Source: Escherichia coli (GTDB lineage Bacteria > Pseudomonadota > Gammaproteobacteria > Enterobacterales > Enterobacteriaceae). From it: DNA of 64,000 nucleotides. The notes below the pieces were generated by a model. That model saw nothing but the letters and a program-made list of their open reading frames with translations, was not told the origin of the DNA and searched no databases. The position numbers were made by a program, and so were the translations under genes. Positions 27,064 through 37,911 of this stretch are shown here, piece after piece. How positions within the stretch are numbered: the first letter of the stretch is position 1; each line of letters opens with the position of its first letter. Location of the stretch: NCBI RefSeq assembly GCF_003790525.1, contig NZ_CP033635.1. One strand, given 5' to 3'.

Positions 27064-27678
27064 TTATCTGTTTGAGCCTAAAGGGATCTCAGGGTCTGGC
27101 TCATGAGTAATTCTGTTTCGTAAATCTCTGCGAATAATTTCAATGGACCAGAACCAGACTAAATGTCCAAAAATTTCAGAGACATTCTCATACCACGGGA
27201 GATCAAACAGAGGTGGCGTCAGTCCCATGAGAGGGAATGAAATCATATGAACAAAAAGTTGGGCTAAAGCACCTGCCAGTAAGCCCTGCCAAAGTTTAAT
27301 TTTTGGAAATACTTCAGCGACCACACAATAACCGACAGCAAACACTATCGAAAAGATAATGTGCGTAACACCAACCCAGTTAAAGACATGCCCGGCAAAG
27401 GTATAAACAGCCGCATTGGGATCTGTCAGCCCTAGCCAGTCTCGAAGAAAAATATACGGAGGATTGAGAAAATTACGGGAGCAATCAATTTGCCCAGCAG
27501 CCCTGATTAATGATTCCGGGCCACACGCTGCATTAAACATATCCACCGGGCTACGTGGCGGCAATGGAACTTCTGCCCCCCACTTAACAAATGCGGAAAC
27601 AACGCCAGCAATCAGCCCAATGAATGCAGCAAGACCATAACGTCTGCGGTTTGGTGGAGTTTGTTCAAATATATTCAT
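27064..27678 (-). CDS. yagU: inner-membrane protein YagU (DUF1440)
   Basis: ORF track; multiple TM helices. Confidence 0.8.
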
Positions 27679-27885
27679 ATCTACCCTGTTTGTTTAATTA
27701 TGTTGTACACCTCTTCAGGAGTATTCATAAAACAAGGCAAATGTAAAGAACTGTATTGTTTTGTATAACCACATGGTTACCTAATCGCCAATTAATATAA
27801 GCTCCATTATTTCTCCATATTTTTATGTTAGAAGTGACAAGGAGAAATGTAATGTTTCTCTCAGAGAATATAAATCATTCCTTTT

Positions 27886-27912
27886 GCCCACCTTAATGGT
27901 GGGCTTTTTTAT
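27886..27912 (+). terminator. orphan terminator-like hairpin (GCCCACCttaaTGGTGGGC + TTTTTTAT)
   Basis: seen directly; no convincing CDS ends upstream on the + strand. Confidence 0.35.
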
Positions 27913-28272
27913 GCAAAACCTGAACGTCCTGCGGTATTCCCCTGGCATTATGACTTTCGCGTTTAACCAACAGCCAAACCAGCAAACACGCCACCACAGG
28001 CACAGCAAAATCCATCAGGCTTGCCACACCCCATGCGTGCGGCTCAAAGCTGCCCCGCCATGGCATATTAATCCGCTTGCCATTTTCGAACAGCTGATTG
28101 GTTTAGTCCGGTGTTTTCCTGCTTGCACTTAAAAATGAGCGGATGGGAAACTCTCGAAATGGTTCGTCGACATGCTCACCTTTCAGTCAGGCATTTCACC
28201 GCGCACGCGAGCAAAATCAAAGGCACAAGAGGAGAACGTAGTTTACTTAAATGTGAGATAACTTATTGATTT

Positions 28273-28287
28273 AAATGGTGCCGATAA
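28273..28287. repeat. attR-like 15-bp direct repeat (AAATGGTGCCGATAA) of the thrW 3' end; distal island boundary
   Basis: identical 15-mer at 40324-40338 overlapping the 3' end of tRNA-Thr. Confidence 0.6.
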
Positions 28288-28470
28288 GAGGAACATAACA
28301 CACCGCATATTCTCTTTGATAAATATATATATTTTCTTGTTTCATCTTTATAAATGCCCCCTTTTGTGCCCCCACCTTGTTTTTCATGCGACTCGATGAG
28401 ACTTTCATCGAGTCGTTAATCTCATCAAATTCTTCACGTATCGTGGAAACCTTCGCAGATCTCCATCCCC

Positions 28471-28839
28471 TCACAGCCGTGATCGGCTAAGAACAATATT
28501 ACTTACCTCCCTGTAAGAACACCGGCTCATCAGCCCGCACGCTTTCCTAGCTTGAAGAATGTCTGTCGTAGTCAAATATGGTGCTTGTACCTGAGAGGTA
28601 AATCCATTGCGATCGATACGAACTAACTCATATTTCTCTACAAGAAAGTTAACGGCATTAGCCAGAGTGATACCGGCATCGATATGCTCCTTTATAACTG
28701 TTTCATCGCTAAAAGGTGTGTCGCTTAACATTAGGCCATAGTGCTGCTCAAGTAGACGAGTAAGTAACATTTGCCAGACAGACACGGGCGACAGACAGGG
28801 CTTCGCCGCCTGCGGAGTCGTTGCAGGTAGAGTTTTCAT
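28471..28839 (-). CDS. CbtA/YeeV-family toxin (type IV TA)
   Basis: ORF 28471..28902 trimmed to [15 protein letters not shown]…; follows the cbeA-like gene. Confidence 0.7.
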   Translation of the reverse strand: MKTLPATTPQAAKPCLSPVSVWQMLLTRLLEQHYGLMLSDTPFSDETVIKEHIDAGITLANAVNFLVEKYELVRIDRNGFTSQVQAPYLTTTDILQARKACGLMSRCSYREVSNIVLSRSRL

Positions 28840-28859
28840 GTTTGCTCTCGGGAAATTAG

Positions 28860-29177
28860 TTAGCGTTGAGTGGAGTAGACGACGATGTATACGTAGCCGC
28901 AACTGCCAAGGGTATCGGCTTCGCAGGTGAAACCATCGTGGTACAGGGTGACGCAGTGGGCGTGGCGAGGATTCATTTCACCAGTGGTAAGCATCGATTC
29001 CATCTGGCTGATAAAGTGCGGGAATGTTTCATCCAGCTTCCGGTATTCGGCGTCACTGAATTTACCGGTGATACTGGCCCGGTCAGCCAAATAATGCAGT
29101 TGGTTGCCCTCCTGCACCAGACGTGCTCCCAGGCGCGGTGTGATATCCCGCTGCAGGCCCCATGTGATGTTACTCAT
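28860..29177 (-). CDS. CbeA/YeeU-family antitoxin
   Basis: ORF track; …[18 protein letters not shown]…TLGSCGYVY… matches recalled YeeU family. Confidence 0.7.
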   Translation of the reverse strand: MSNITWGLQRDITPRLGARLVQEGNQLHYLADRASITGKFSDAEYRKLDETFPHFISQMESMLTTGEMNPRHAHCVTLYHDGFTCEADTLGSCGYVYIVVYSTQR

Positions 29178-29196
29178 TGATAAACCTCTTTTATTG

Positions 29197-29430
29197 TCAA
29201 TTCAGGGTAATACTCATCAGGCAGGCATACGGTCCGCTGCGGTCCTGGCGGCGTTCGGCGTATACCACCAGCACGCCGGGAATGTCAGGAACAGCCAGAC
29301 CGGTGTAATGACAGACACTGCCATGCCACTGGTATCTGCCGGTGCAGTATCGAAAAATGCGGGAGGCCGGATGCTGACGGTAAATCGTCATCGCCCGGCG
29401 TTTACTGATAATTCTCATGTCATACCTCAA
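29197..29430 (-). CDS. DUF987 (YeeT/YfjZ-like) small protein
   Basis: ORF track; …IISKRRAMTIYRQHP…YCTGRYQWHGSVCHYTG…. Confidence 0.55.
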   Translation of the reverse strand: MRYDMRIISKRRAMTIYRQHPASRIFRYCTGRYQWHGSVCHYTGLAVPDIPGVLVVYAERRQDRSGPYACLMSITLN

Positions 29431-29909
29431 AGCAGACCGTGTTCAGCGAACGACAATATCTGCGTACCACCGACGATAAGGTGGTCAGGCACACGGATAT
29501 CAACGAGCTGAAGCGCCTGCACCAGACGCTGCGTGATGGTCTTATCTGCCTTGCTGGGCGAGGTGTCTCCGGAGGGATGGTTATGCGCCAGTATCACTGC
29601 TGCCGCATTGAAGTACAGGGCGCGTTTGACCACCTCACGGGGATGTACCTCGGTACTGCTAATAGAACCGGCAAACAGGGTTTCGTGGGCAATCAACTGG
29701 TTCTGCTGGTTCAGATACAGCACCATAAACTCTTCGCGCTCCAGTCCCGCCATTTTCAGTTTCAGCCAGTCGCGGGCAGCCTGAGTGGAGGTGAATGCCA
29801 CGCCTGTTTCGCGCAGGTGTCGGTCAAGCAGCGTTAAGGCGCGTTTTACCGTGCGTTGTGCGGTTAGTGGTAATGCCGGAGCCAGTGGGATAAGTGACTG
29901 TTCCATCAA
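29427..29909 (-). CDS. RadC-like JAB-domain protein (YeeS/YkfG family)
   Basis: ORF track; HNHPSGDTSPSKAD motif typical of RadC/JAMM. Confidence 0.8.
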   Translation of the reverse strand: MMEQSLIPLAPALPLTAQRTVKRALTLLDRHLRETGVAFTSTQAARDWLKLKMAGLEREEFMVLYLNQQNQLIAHETLFAGSISSTEVHPREVVKRALYFNAAAVILAHNHPSGDTSPSKADKTITQRLVQALQLVDIRVPDHLIVGGTQILSFAEHGLL

Positions 29910-29917
29910 AAGTATCC

Positions 29918-30376
29918 TTAATCAATAATGCGCAGAATGGCGCTGGATTCTGGGTGCTGCAGAGAGTAATCCCGCAGCCGGTAATAGTGTTCAGTCATGG
30001 CATCGCATTCGGTGTGACAGGCGTGATGGCTGTATTCAATCAGGCAGACAGCAATACCTGCGGCTTCTGCGCTCATTTCCGCACCATTGCCGTTCATGCC
30101 GTTGAACAGATGCCATTTATCGCCCCCCTCAGCATCAGGGGCCATAAACGCACCGCCATTGCTGAGCGTGTAAAAGGACCAGAGACCACCGCTGTACTCA
30201 TCACAGAAGCGATCCATCCAGGCGAAAATACGGGGTTCCAGCGTTATCCACTGCGTGATAGCACCAAAGTGCAGCGGCCAGAAATCGAGACGCTGCTCGT
30301 CAGGTACTGGTGTTGCAGTGAGGTCAAATTGAGGTTCATTAGCGGACATCAATTCGCATTGCGTTTGTGTCGTCAT
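29918..30376 (-). CDS. anti-restriction protein (YfjX/YafX, ArdB/KlcA-like)
   Basis: ORF track; position upstream of radC-like gene as in CP4-type islands. Confidence 0.6.
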   Translation of the reverse strand: MTTQTQCELMSANEPQFDLTATPVPDEQRLDFWPLHFGAITQWITLEPRIFAWMDRFCDEYSGGLWSFYTLSNGGAFMAPDAEGGDKWHLFNGMNGNGAEMSAEAAGIAVCLIEYSHHACHTECDAMTEHYYRLRDYSLQHPESSAILRIID

Positions 30377-30545
30377 GGATATTCTCCGTCAATAAAAACG
30401 CCAGCGACGATGGCTGGCGTATGGGAAATAAAGGACATGCAGGGATGATGGATGGGTGTAATCAGGAGGAGGATGCTCTGAGGATGCCGTACTGTCGGAT
30501 ATAACGGTTATGTCCTTCACCTGCATCAGGTTCAAAGCACCAGGC

Positions 30546-30698
30546 CCGCCAGACCATTCAACCTTCAGAGTCTCGAACCACCAGGCGGAAGTGGCTGCGC
30601 TGGTCATCTTCAATAGCGATATTTTTATACCGTCTGGTAACCGCTTCAGCCTGCTGTCGGGTGAACGGTCCCGGTGGCAACATATGAGATTCAGACAT
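30546..30698 (-). pseudogene. DUF905 (YkfF-like) small gene interrupted by an in-frame TGA after ~50 codons
   Basis: minus-strand translation [46 protein letters not shown]; the same frame continues MVWRAWCFEPDAGEG… after the stop. Confidence 0.45.
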
Positions 30699-30908
30699 TC
30701 GGTGTACCTTAAAAGCACAAGCCCCTGACGCAGACGCGTCAGGGGCTTTGGGAGTATGCAGGTGTCGGGTGATTGTCAGTAACCGGTTTGTACCTTATAC
30801 AGCCGTAGGGTTTTACTGCCCCGGACAATTTTCACATACAGGGCATTATCTTTCGTGCCTCGCACAAAACCGGCCTGCACATCGCCCTTACAGTCACCAC
30901 TGTAGTGG

Positions 30909-32175
<1,267 letters not shown>

Positions 32176-32550
32176 TAGCTATGTGGGTGGCTCATCGCTG
32201 ACGGCATGTATGCGTAACAGAGCATCTGTATCATCCGTTTGACGTTTTCGTCGGCGATCCTGCCAGCTATTCGGACATCTTGTGAAACCCAAAGGCAGCG
32301 GCTGACGAAGCTTATCCGGTATCCTCTCGCAACAAAGGTACATGTACCATCTACTTTTTGGGCGGCCATTGTCGACAGATTCTTAAGTAGAACAGCTAAG
32401 TTTAGATTTAGGAAAAAGTTGTTAAAATCAAGCAAATACTTATCATCATCACTTGATTTCGTAAACGCAAAACTACGATACTATTAACAAATTCTTCTAT
32501 GCATTCTTACCGAATGTTGGCGGTAGCGTGCTTAATCACTCGGATTTAGT

Positions 32551-35500
32551 ATGAAAAAAAATTCTTTAAATGTGATTTTGGATACTGTTTTCTCGGCGAA
32601 AAGCATCAATGGTGAGAAATCTCATTCTTTTATATCGTATAAATTAGTTAAAGCTGTAGAAAATTTAAGTGGATATGACTTGGATCTTTTCCTCAATCGT
32701 GCGATAAACCATCCTAACTTCCCTAGCAATATGGATTTTTCCTTACGAACAGTTTTTACAATTGAACAATCTAACACTATTGAATTTAAAAATTTCATTT
32801 CAGAATTGGTGTGGTACAAGCATATTTTCATACGATATAAAAAACACCTTAATGATATATTATCGGCAAAGGCAAGACTTGAGAAGTTAGTTCTTTTCGC
32901 AACAGGTAGTGAATGTATAAAATATTTAGATGAAATAGAAAGCTCTTATGGAGTTAGTTTTTGGAGCATTGATGCTCGTCTCTTAATAAATAAAGTTTTG
33001 CTTAACGAAAGCAATGGGTTATATGTTAAATCAATTCTATCTAAAACCCACTATAAACTTACAGAGTTTATGTTACAGCAGCTATTATTTAAGCATCAAG
33101 TACATAACTTTGATGATTTTTCAAAGAACCTTATAAAAATACTAGATGATATGCGCACCACTCAAGATAATGGGTATGCTAGAAATTTAGCTGATGGTAT
33201 TTCATCCTTTTTAATACCTTTAGAGTTTGATAAAAATATAGATCTCAAAAATAGAACCTTAGCACCATTTACCAACCTTCCTTTAATAGATCAATTTATC
33301 ATATTCCAGAGAACTATAAGCGATTTACAACTTCATGGAAATGGTTTAAGAAATAGCGAGTTAAGCTTAATTGCAGAAATTAACAGCTTTATTAAAAATA
33401 ACTATCTCAACAATATTTTAGATGGAAGAGAGCGTAATATAGAGAATATTGATGAACACTATAAAAGTGTTATTCGACGTTATACTATAGGTGATTATAC
33501 TGGGTGTATTTCAGAAATAAATTCAGTTCGAACGCAGAAGACAATTTTGCCATTAATTGAAATATATGCAAAATCCCATGTGTATCTTGATAAGAAAATT
33601 TCAGACTCATGCATATTCAATAAATTAACAAACTGGCTTATAGCAATTATAAAATGCGACAGACGCGCTGGAAAATACATCGATGAATTTGAACTTTTAG
33701 CATCTAAGATATATTTCAATTCAAATTCATCCTCTCTATTCTTCACATTATATAATTTAATAAGTGATAACCATAATAAATTAAACATATCTCGTATAAA
33801 TCTAACCAAAAATGGTTCCTTTGTAACATCCCTTCATTTGAATATAACAATCAAGGAACTATGGACTGAACTTGGAATAAAAGAGAATGAGATACCAAAA
33901 TATCGATTATTTAAATTCAAAGACCTAGCAAATCTATCCTTTGATGAAATCAAAAAACACTACGAAGTATACAATGATAATGTAATAATTCGCTCTGAAT
34001 ATTTAAAAGATTATACTAACTTTTTATTAGAAAATGAAAAGTATGAATTATGCATCCAATTTATAGCTGAAAACTGCATCGGCAACCCCGCAAATTATTA
34101 CTACTTCCCAATCCGAAAAATAATTGATTTTGTAAAAGACAATATTTTTGACTATGCAAGCGTGGCCTTATCTATATTGATAGATATTTTTGTCAAAAGC
34201 ACATCAAACACTTCAAATGAGCTTCTTCTCGAAAGTTATGAGAGTTTAGTAGATATTTCAAATATTAATAGGCCATCTACCCATTATTGCTCTAAGCAAT
34301 TAACTCCATTAGAGCACTATTTCCTTAAGTTTATCTGTATACCTTCCGTGATGGATTCAGACCCTTCATTCACAGGCACGGACGACTTGAAGAAGGAAAG
34401 AATTGCTATTATAGATCTATTATTAAAAGAACACGATGATGCAGATTTATTGAAAGAGAAAGACGAAATTATAGATGAAATATCATTCGAAGAAATAAAA
34501 ACAAAATATGAGACAGGAAAAATATTTGTTGATATAGAAAATTTAAAACGGGCAAAGCTTGAAAGATACAGATATTATTTTGATGCACTTAAGGATTCGC
34601 TTATTCTCGGACTAGAACCACCTGAAGACTTTGCTTTAATTACAGACGATGGGAATATCACAGCCATTCCATCTGGCGATACAAACTCTATAATCCATGA
34701 ACTTCTAAAAGAACTAATCTCCGATTTTGTTAAAAATGAAAATTACGGTCTTGATAAATATTTGAGTGCAGATATACGGCATGGTGTTTTTGAAAATCAA
34801 CTCAGATCAAGTGCTGAAAAATCGCAATTAATAACTGATATGGATGGTACTGGACAGTATTCGAAAAGCAATTTAATTATTGAGACATATCCATTAATTA
34901 ACCCTATTATAAATAACGAAATAGGGACAGCAATAGCTGATTTCTCTTATCACTTTGACATTGAATTGGCTAAAGCCAATTCCTGGTTCAATGTCAAGAC
35001 AATGCTCATAAGTGAATCACAGCAAGGTATGATTGATTTCCTCATTTCTGTTGATATGTTTAATTCATTTAAAGCAGCAGTTTCAAATCAAGCATCTTTT
35101 GAGAAGTTTTTTGACGCTTGTATTAACTTCATGTGGGAAAGAACGTTCAGATGTTTGAATGATATTAAAGAGCGATTGCATTACGAATTTAAGAGGAATA
35201 TTTTAGATTTAATTGCCACTCTTAGGCATCAAATTGATATCTATAGAAGACGTAGTTCCATGAGAGAAATCCAGGAGAAAATTGACCTCTTGGCCGAAAG
35301 CATTAATAAAGAAATTGCAACAGTCTGCGATTGGTTAAATGTACTTGAGTATAACGAGGAGAAAATATATAAAATATCATCCGTGATGCAGGCATGTAGG
35401 AAAACTTTTTTTAATATACACCATTGTTCTGATGATGCTATCGTTTTTGATTCAATGTATCATGATGATGAACCAAAATTATCTTATAAAGAAGCCAAGC

Positions 35501-35826
35501 CTCTAATCACATCAATAATAACAGCGTTAAACAATGCTATGGCCTATGGTAATAAAAAAATCTTTATCAGTATTAAGCCTGAAGAAAAGTCATGGAAAAT
35601 AACCATCAGAAATTTGATAATTGAGACAAAGAACAGAACTACCAACCAAATTTTACAAGAGATTGATGATAAAATAAAACGAGGGGATAATAGTCTAAAT
35701 ATAAAAGAAGGCGGAGCTGGAATATATAAAATATATGATTTATTATGTTCATTACCGCAAAGATTTAATGTGAATCATTGCATCCAAAATAACGAATTCA
35801 TTTTAAATATTGAGATAAAGAAATGA
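32551..35826 (+). CDS. 1091-aa protein with a C-terminal histidine-kinase-like ATPase region; large N-terminal region of unknown fold; candidate sensor kinase of a Detocs-like system
   Basis: ORF track; C-terminus has N-box-like …ITALNNAMAYGN… and G-box-like …KEGGAGIYKIYDL…; strongly AT-rich; first gene of a coupled three-gene operon. Confidence 0.55.
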   Translation: MKKNSLNVILDTVFSAKSINGEKSHSFISYKLVKAVENLSGYDLDLFLNRAINHPNFPSNMDFSLRTVFTIEQSNTIEFKNFISELVWYKHIFIRYKKHLNDILSAKARLEKLVLFATGSECIKYLDEIESSYGVSFWSIDARLLINKVLLNESNGLYVKSILSKTHYKLTEFMLQQLLFKHQVHNFDDFSKNLIKILDDMRTTQDNGYARNLADGISSFLIPLEFDKNIDLKNRTLAPFTNLPLIDQFIIFQRTISDLQLHGNGLRNSELSLIAEINSFIKNNYLNNILDGRERNIENIDEHYKSVIRRYTIGDYTGCISEINSVRTQKTILPLIEIYAKSHVYLDKKISDSCIFNKLTNWLIAIIKCDRRAGKYIDEFELLASKIYFNSNSSSLFFTLYNLISDNHNKLNISRINLTKNGSFVTSLHLNITIKELWTELGIKENEIPKYRLFKFKDLANLSFDEIKKHYEVYNDNVIIRSEYLKDYTNFLLENEKYELCIQFIAENCIGNPANYYYFPIRKIIDFVKDNIFDYASVALSILIDIFVKSTSNTSNELLLESYESLVDISNINRPSTHYCSKQLTPLEHYFLKFICIPSVMDSDPSFTGTDDLKKERIAIIDLLLKEHDDADLLKEKDEIIDEISFEEIKTKYETGKIFVDIENLKRAKLERYRYYFDALKDSLILGLEPPEDFALITDDGNITAIPSGDTNSIIHELLKELISDFVKNENYGLDKYLSADIRHGVFENQLRSSAEKSQLITDMDGTGQYSKSNLIIETYPLINPIINNEIGTAIADFSYHFDIELAKANSWFNVKTMLISESQQGMIDFLISVDMFNSFKAAVSNQASFEKFFDACINFMWERTFRCLNDIKERLHYEFKRNILDLIATLRHQIDIYRRRSSMREIQEKIDLLAESINKEIATVCDWLNVLEYNEEKIYKISSVMQACRKTFFNIHHCSDDAIVFDSMYHDDEPKLSYKEAKPLITSIITALNNAMAYGNKKIFISIKPEEKSWKITIRNLIIETKNRTTNQILQEIDDKIKRGDNSLNIKEGGAGIYKIYDLLCSLPQRFNVNHCIQNNEFILNIEIKK

Positions 35827-36272
35827 AAATTCTTCTTGTTGAGGATATTGAATATAAGCGTGATAAGGTGATCGGTTTACTAGAGTCTATTTCTGCCGAT
35901 GTATCAGTCGATGTAGCTAAATCTTATGTTTCGGCAGTAAATTCCGCAACCAGTAAAACTTATGATCTTATAATATTAGATATGAGCCTTCCCACTTACG
36001 ATAAGGGGCCTAATGAAAATGGAGGTCGCTTCAGAGTGTACGGAGGGAAAGATATTATTCGCAAGTTAATGAGAGGAAAAGAGCATCCAGTAGTTGTGGT
36101 TTTAACACAACATACAACTTTTGGTGAAATTGGTGAGCAAAAAAATACTGACACTCTATCACAAGAGTTGAATGCTTTAATGGGATCAAAATTTATAGGT
36201 ATTGTAAAATATGACTCAACTAAACCTCAATGGAAAGATGAAATAAAAAAAGTCGTACAGGATTTGTTATGA
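35823..36272 (+). CDS. stand-alone receiver (REC) domain protein, 149 aa
   Basis: LLVEDIE acidic pocket, LIILDMSLP with candidate phospho-acceptor D53, VVVLTQH; start overlaps the upstream stop (ATGA). Confidence 0.65.
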   Translation: MKILLVEDIEYKRDKVIGLLESISADVSVDVAKSYVSAVNSATSKTYDLIILDMSLPTYDKGPNENGGRFRVYGGKDIIRKLMRGKEHPVVVVLTQHTTFGEIGEQKNTDTLSQELNALMGSKFIGIVKYDSTKPQWKDEIKKVVQDLL

Positions 36273-37432
36273 TTAAAATATTAATAGTTGATGACAATAA
36301 ATCTAGAATTGAAAAGCTAAAATCTAGCTTAACTGAACTCATCACAAAAAACATGATAAGGATTGATGAGAAATATACAAGTGACGCCGCAAAAATCGCG
36401 CTCAAGTTAAATCAATATGATTATTTAATTCTTGATGTCTTTTTACCTAAAAAAGATAACTATAGCCCAGATGAAAGAAATGGATTAGGTCTTTTAAAAC
36501 AAATAAATTCAGATTCTAAATTTTACTCTCCAAAAAAAATAGTTGGCATAACTGCATATCTGAATGATATATCCAGATATGAATCCGAATTCAGAGAATA
36601 TGCTTCAATTATATTCGAGGCTCGACGTAATGATACTGGATGGCTTGAATCACTCAAAAAAATCATTGAAAAGGATGTTGAATCTCAAGTAAGTTATAAT
36701 CTCAATGAAAAAGATAGTGTTTTAATAACAGTACACGGTATAAGAACCTACGCACCTTGGCAAAATACCATAGAAGAAAAAATAACCAATATATCAAATA
36801 AATTTAACTATATAAAATTCAATTATGGTTTTCTAAATATTCTTTGTTTTTTATTCCCTCCGACTAGACATCTATTTGCAAGAAAAATAATCCAAGACAT
36901 ACGAATTACAGTGGAATCAAATAAGAATAAAAGAATTTATATTATTTGTCATAGTTTTGGTACCTACCTTGTATATTGTGCCTTAAGTAAACTGACACAT
37001 ACGGATGCAAAAATTGAATGTTTAATTTTTTCTGGTAGCGTATTAAAACGTACTACCTCATTGAAAACATTAAAGCAACATTGTAATGCAATAATAAATG
37101 ACTGTGCTGTAAGTGATTATATTTTATTACTATGTAAAATGTTAGTCATTGGCTTGGGCGATGCAGGCAGAAAAGGGTTTATTGAGCCAAATGATGGTGT
37201 TTTCATTAACCGCTATTTTAAAGGAGGACATTCAACTTACTTCGAAGATAAAGATTTCATAGAAGTGAACTGGCTTCCTTTAATTTTTGACAATAAAAAT
37301 ATCGCGTCACGAGATGAAAGAAAAAATCATATTTTTTCCGATGTCACCAATGCTTTGCAAAATATAATTGAATATTTAAAAATACCAATATGGTTATTTT
37401 TTTCTTTTTTATTGATAGCACTGGTATTATAA
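36269..37432 (+). CDS. receiver domain fused to a serine-hydrolase-like (lipase/esterase) domain with C-terminal TM helix; candidate effector
   Basis: N-terminal REC (IVDDN, LILDVFLP with D56); C-terminal VHGIRT, nucleophile-elbow-like ICHSFGT, GGHSTYF; hydrophobic tail IPIWLFFSFLLIALVL; ATGA overlap with upstream gene. Confidence 0.6.
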   Translation: MIKILIVDDNKSRIEKLKSSLTELITKNMIRIDEKYTSDAAKIALKLNQYDYLILDVFLPKKDNYSPDERNGLGLLKQINSDSKFYSPKKIVGITAYLNDISRYESEFREYASIIFEARRNDTGWLESLKKIIEKDVESQVSYNLNEKDSVLITVHGIRTYAPWQNTIEEKITNISNKFNYIKFNYGFLNILCFLFPPTRHLFARKIIQDIRITVESNKNKRIYIICHSFGTYLVYCALSKLTHTDAKIECLIFSGSVLKRTTSLKTLKQHCNAIINDCAVSDYILLLCKMLVIGLGDAGRKGFIEPNDGVFINRYFKGGHSTYFEDKDFIEVNWLPLIFDNKNIASRDERKNHIFSDVTNALQNIIEYLKIPIWLFFSFLLIALVL

Positions 37433-37455
37433 TATCACTGCACATTAAAAATCAT

Positions 37456-37483
37456 ATTGGAGCTTCCCTCATAAAGCTCCAAT
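37456..37483. terminator. palindromic hairpin between the convergent 3' ends of the operon and the 321-aa gene
   Basis: ATTGGAGCTtccctcataAAGCTCCAAT. Confidence 0.35.
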
Positions 37484-37911
37484 ATAAAACACCATCATTT
37501 CAATAGTACCTGCAGCTAATTAAAACTAGTCAACCGAAAAAATTAATCACTTTAAACTTTAGTATGCACTTATACTTTCTTAATAATAGAAAAACACTTA
37601 CAAATAAATTAATCATGTCAATCTCCGTAACTACAACCTCGGAAAGTATGTAAACAGGAATCATTACTGAAAAAAACACGATTTCAGCAGAATTCTAGAA
37701 ATATCCTGTGCTGCTGCCGATACCAACTTTCGTATATACTACCCTTCACGTTCCTTCTCGTTTTTATAAAACTATTCATTTATAACTATCAATAGGCATC
37801 ATAACCAATGTAAGTGTAAGTACTGGTGAACGAGTGTCAATGGAGTTAAAAGTATCACTTCATCCTGCTAAATATAAGTTATCCTACGTTTTAATATACT
37901 AGAACTCAAAA

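Noticed and set aside
28271..28474. 67-aa ORF on the minus strand at the island edge
   Set aside because: Runs across the att direct repeat, has no recognisable similarity and is low-complexity; probably not coding
30389..30718. 109-aa ORF from the six-frame track
   Set aside because: A different frame on the same strand encodes a recognisable DUF905-like peptide; the 109-aa ORF is probably an overlapping artefact
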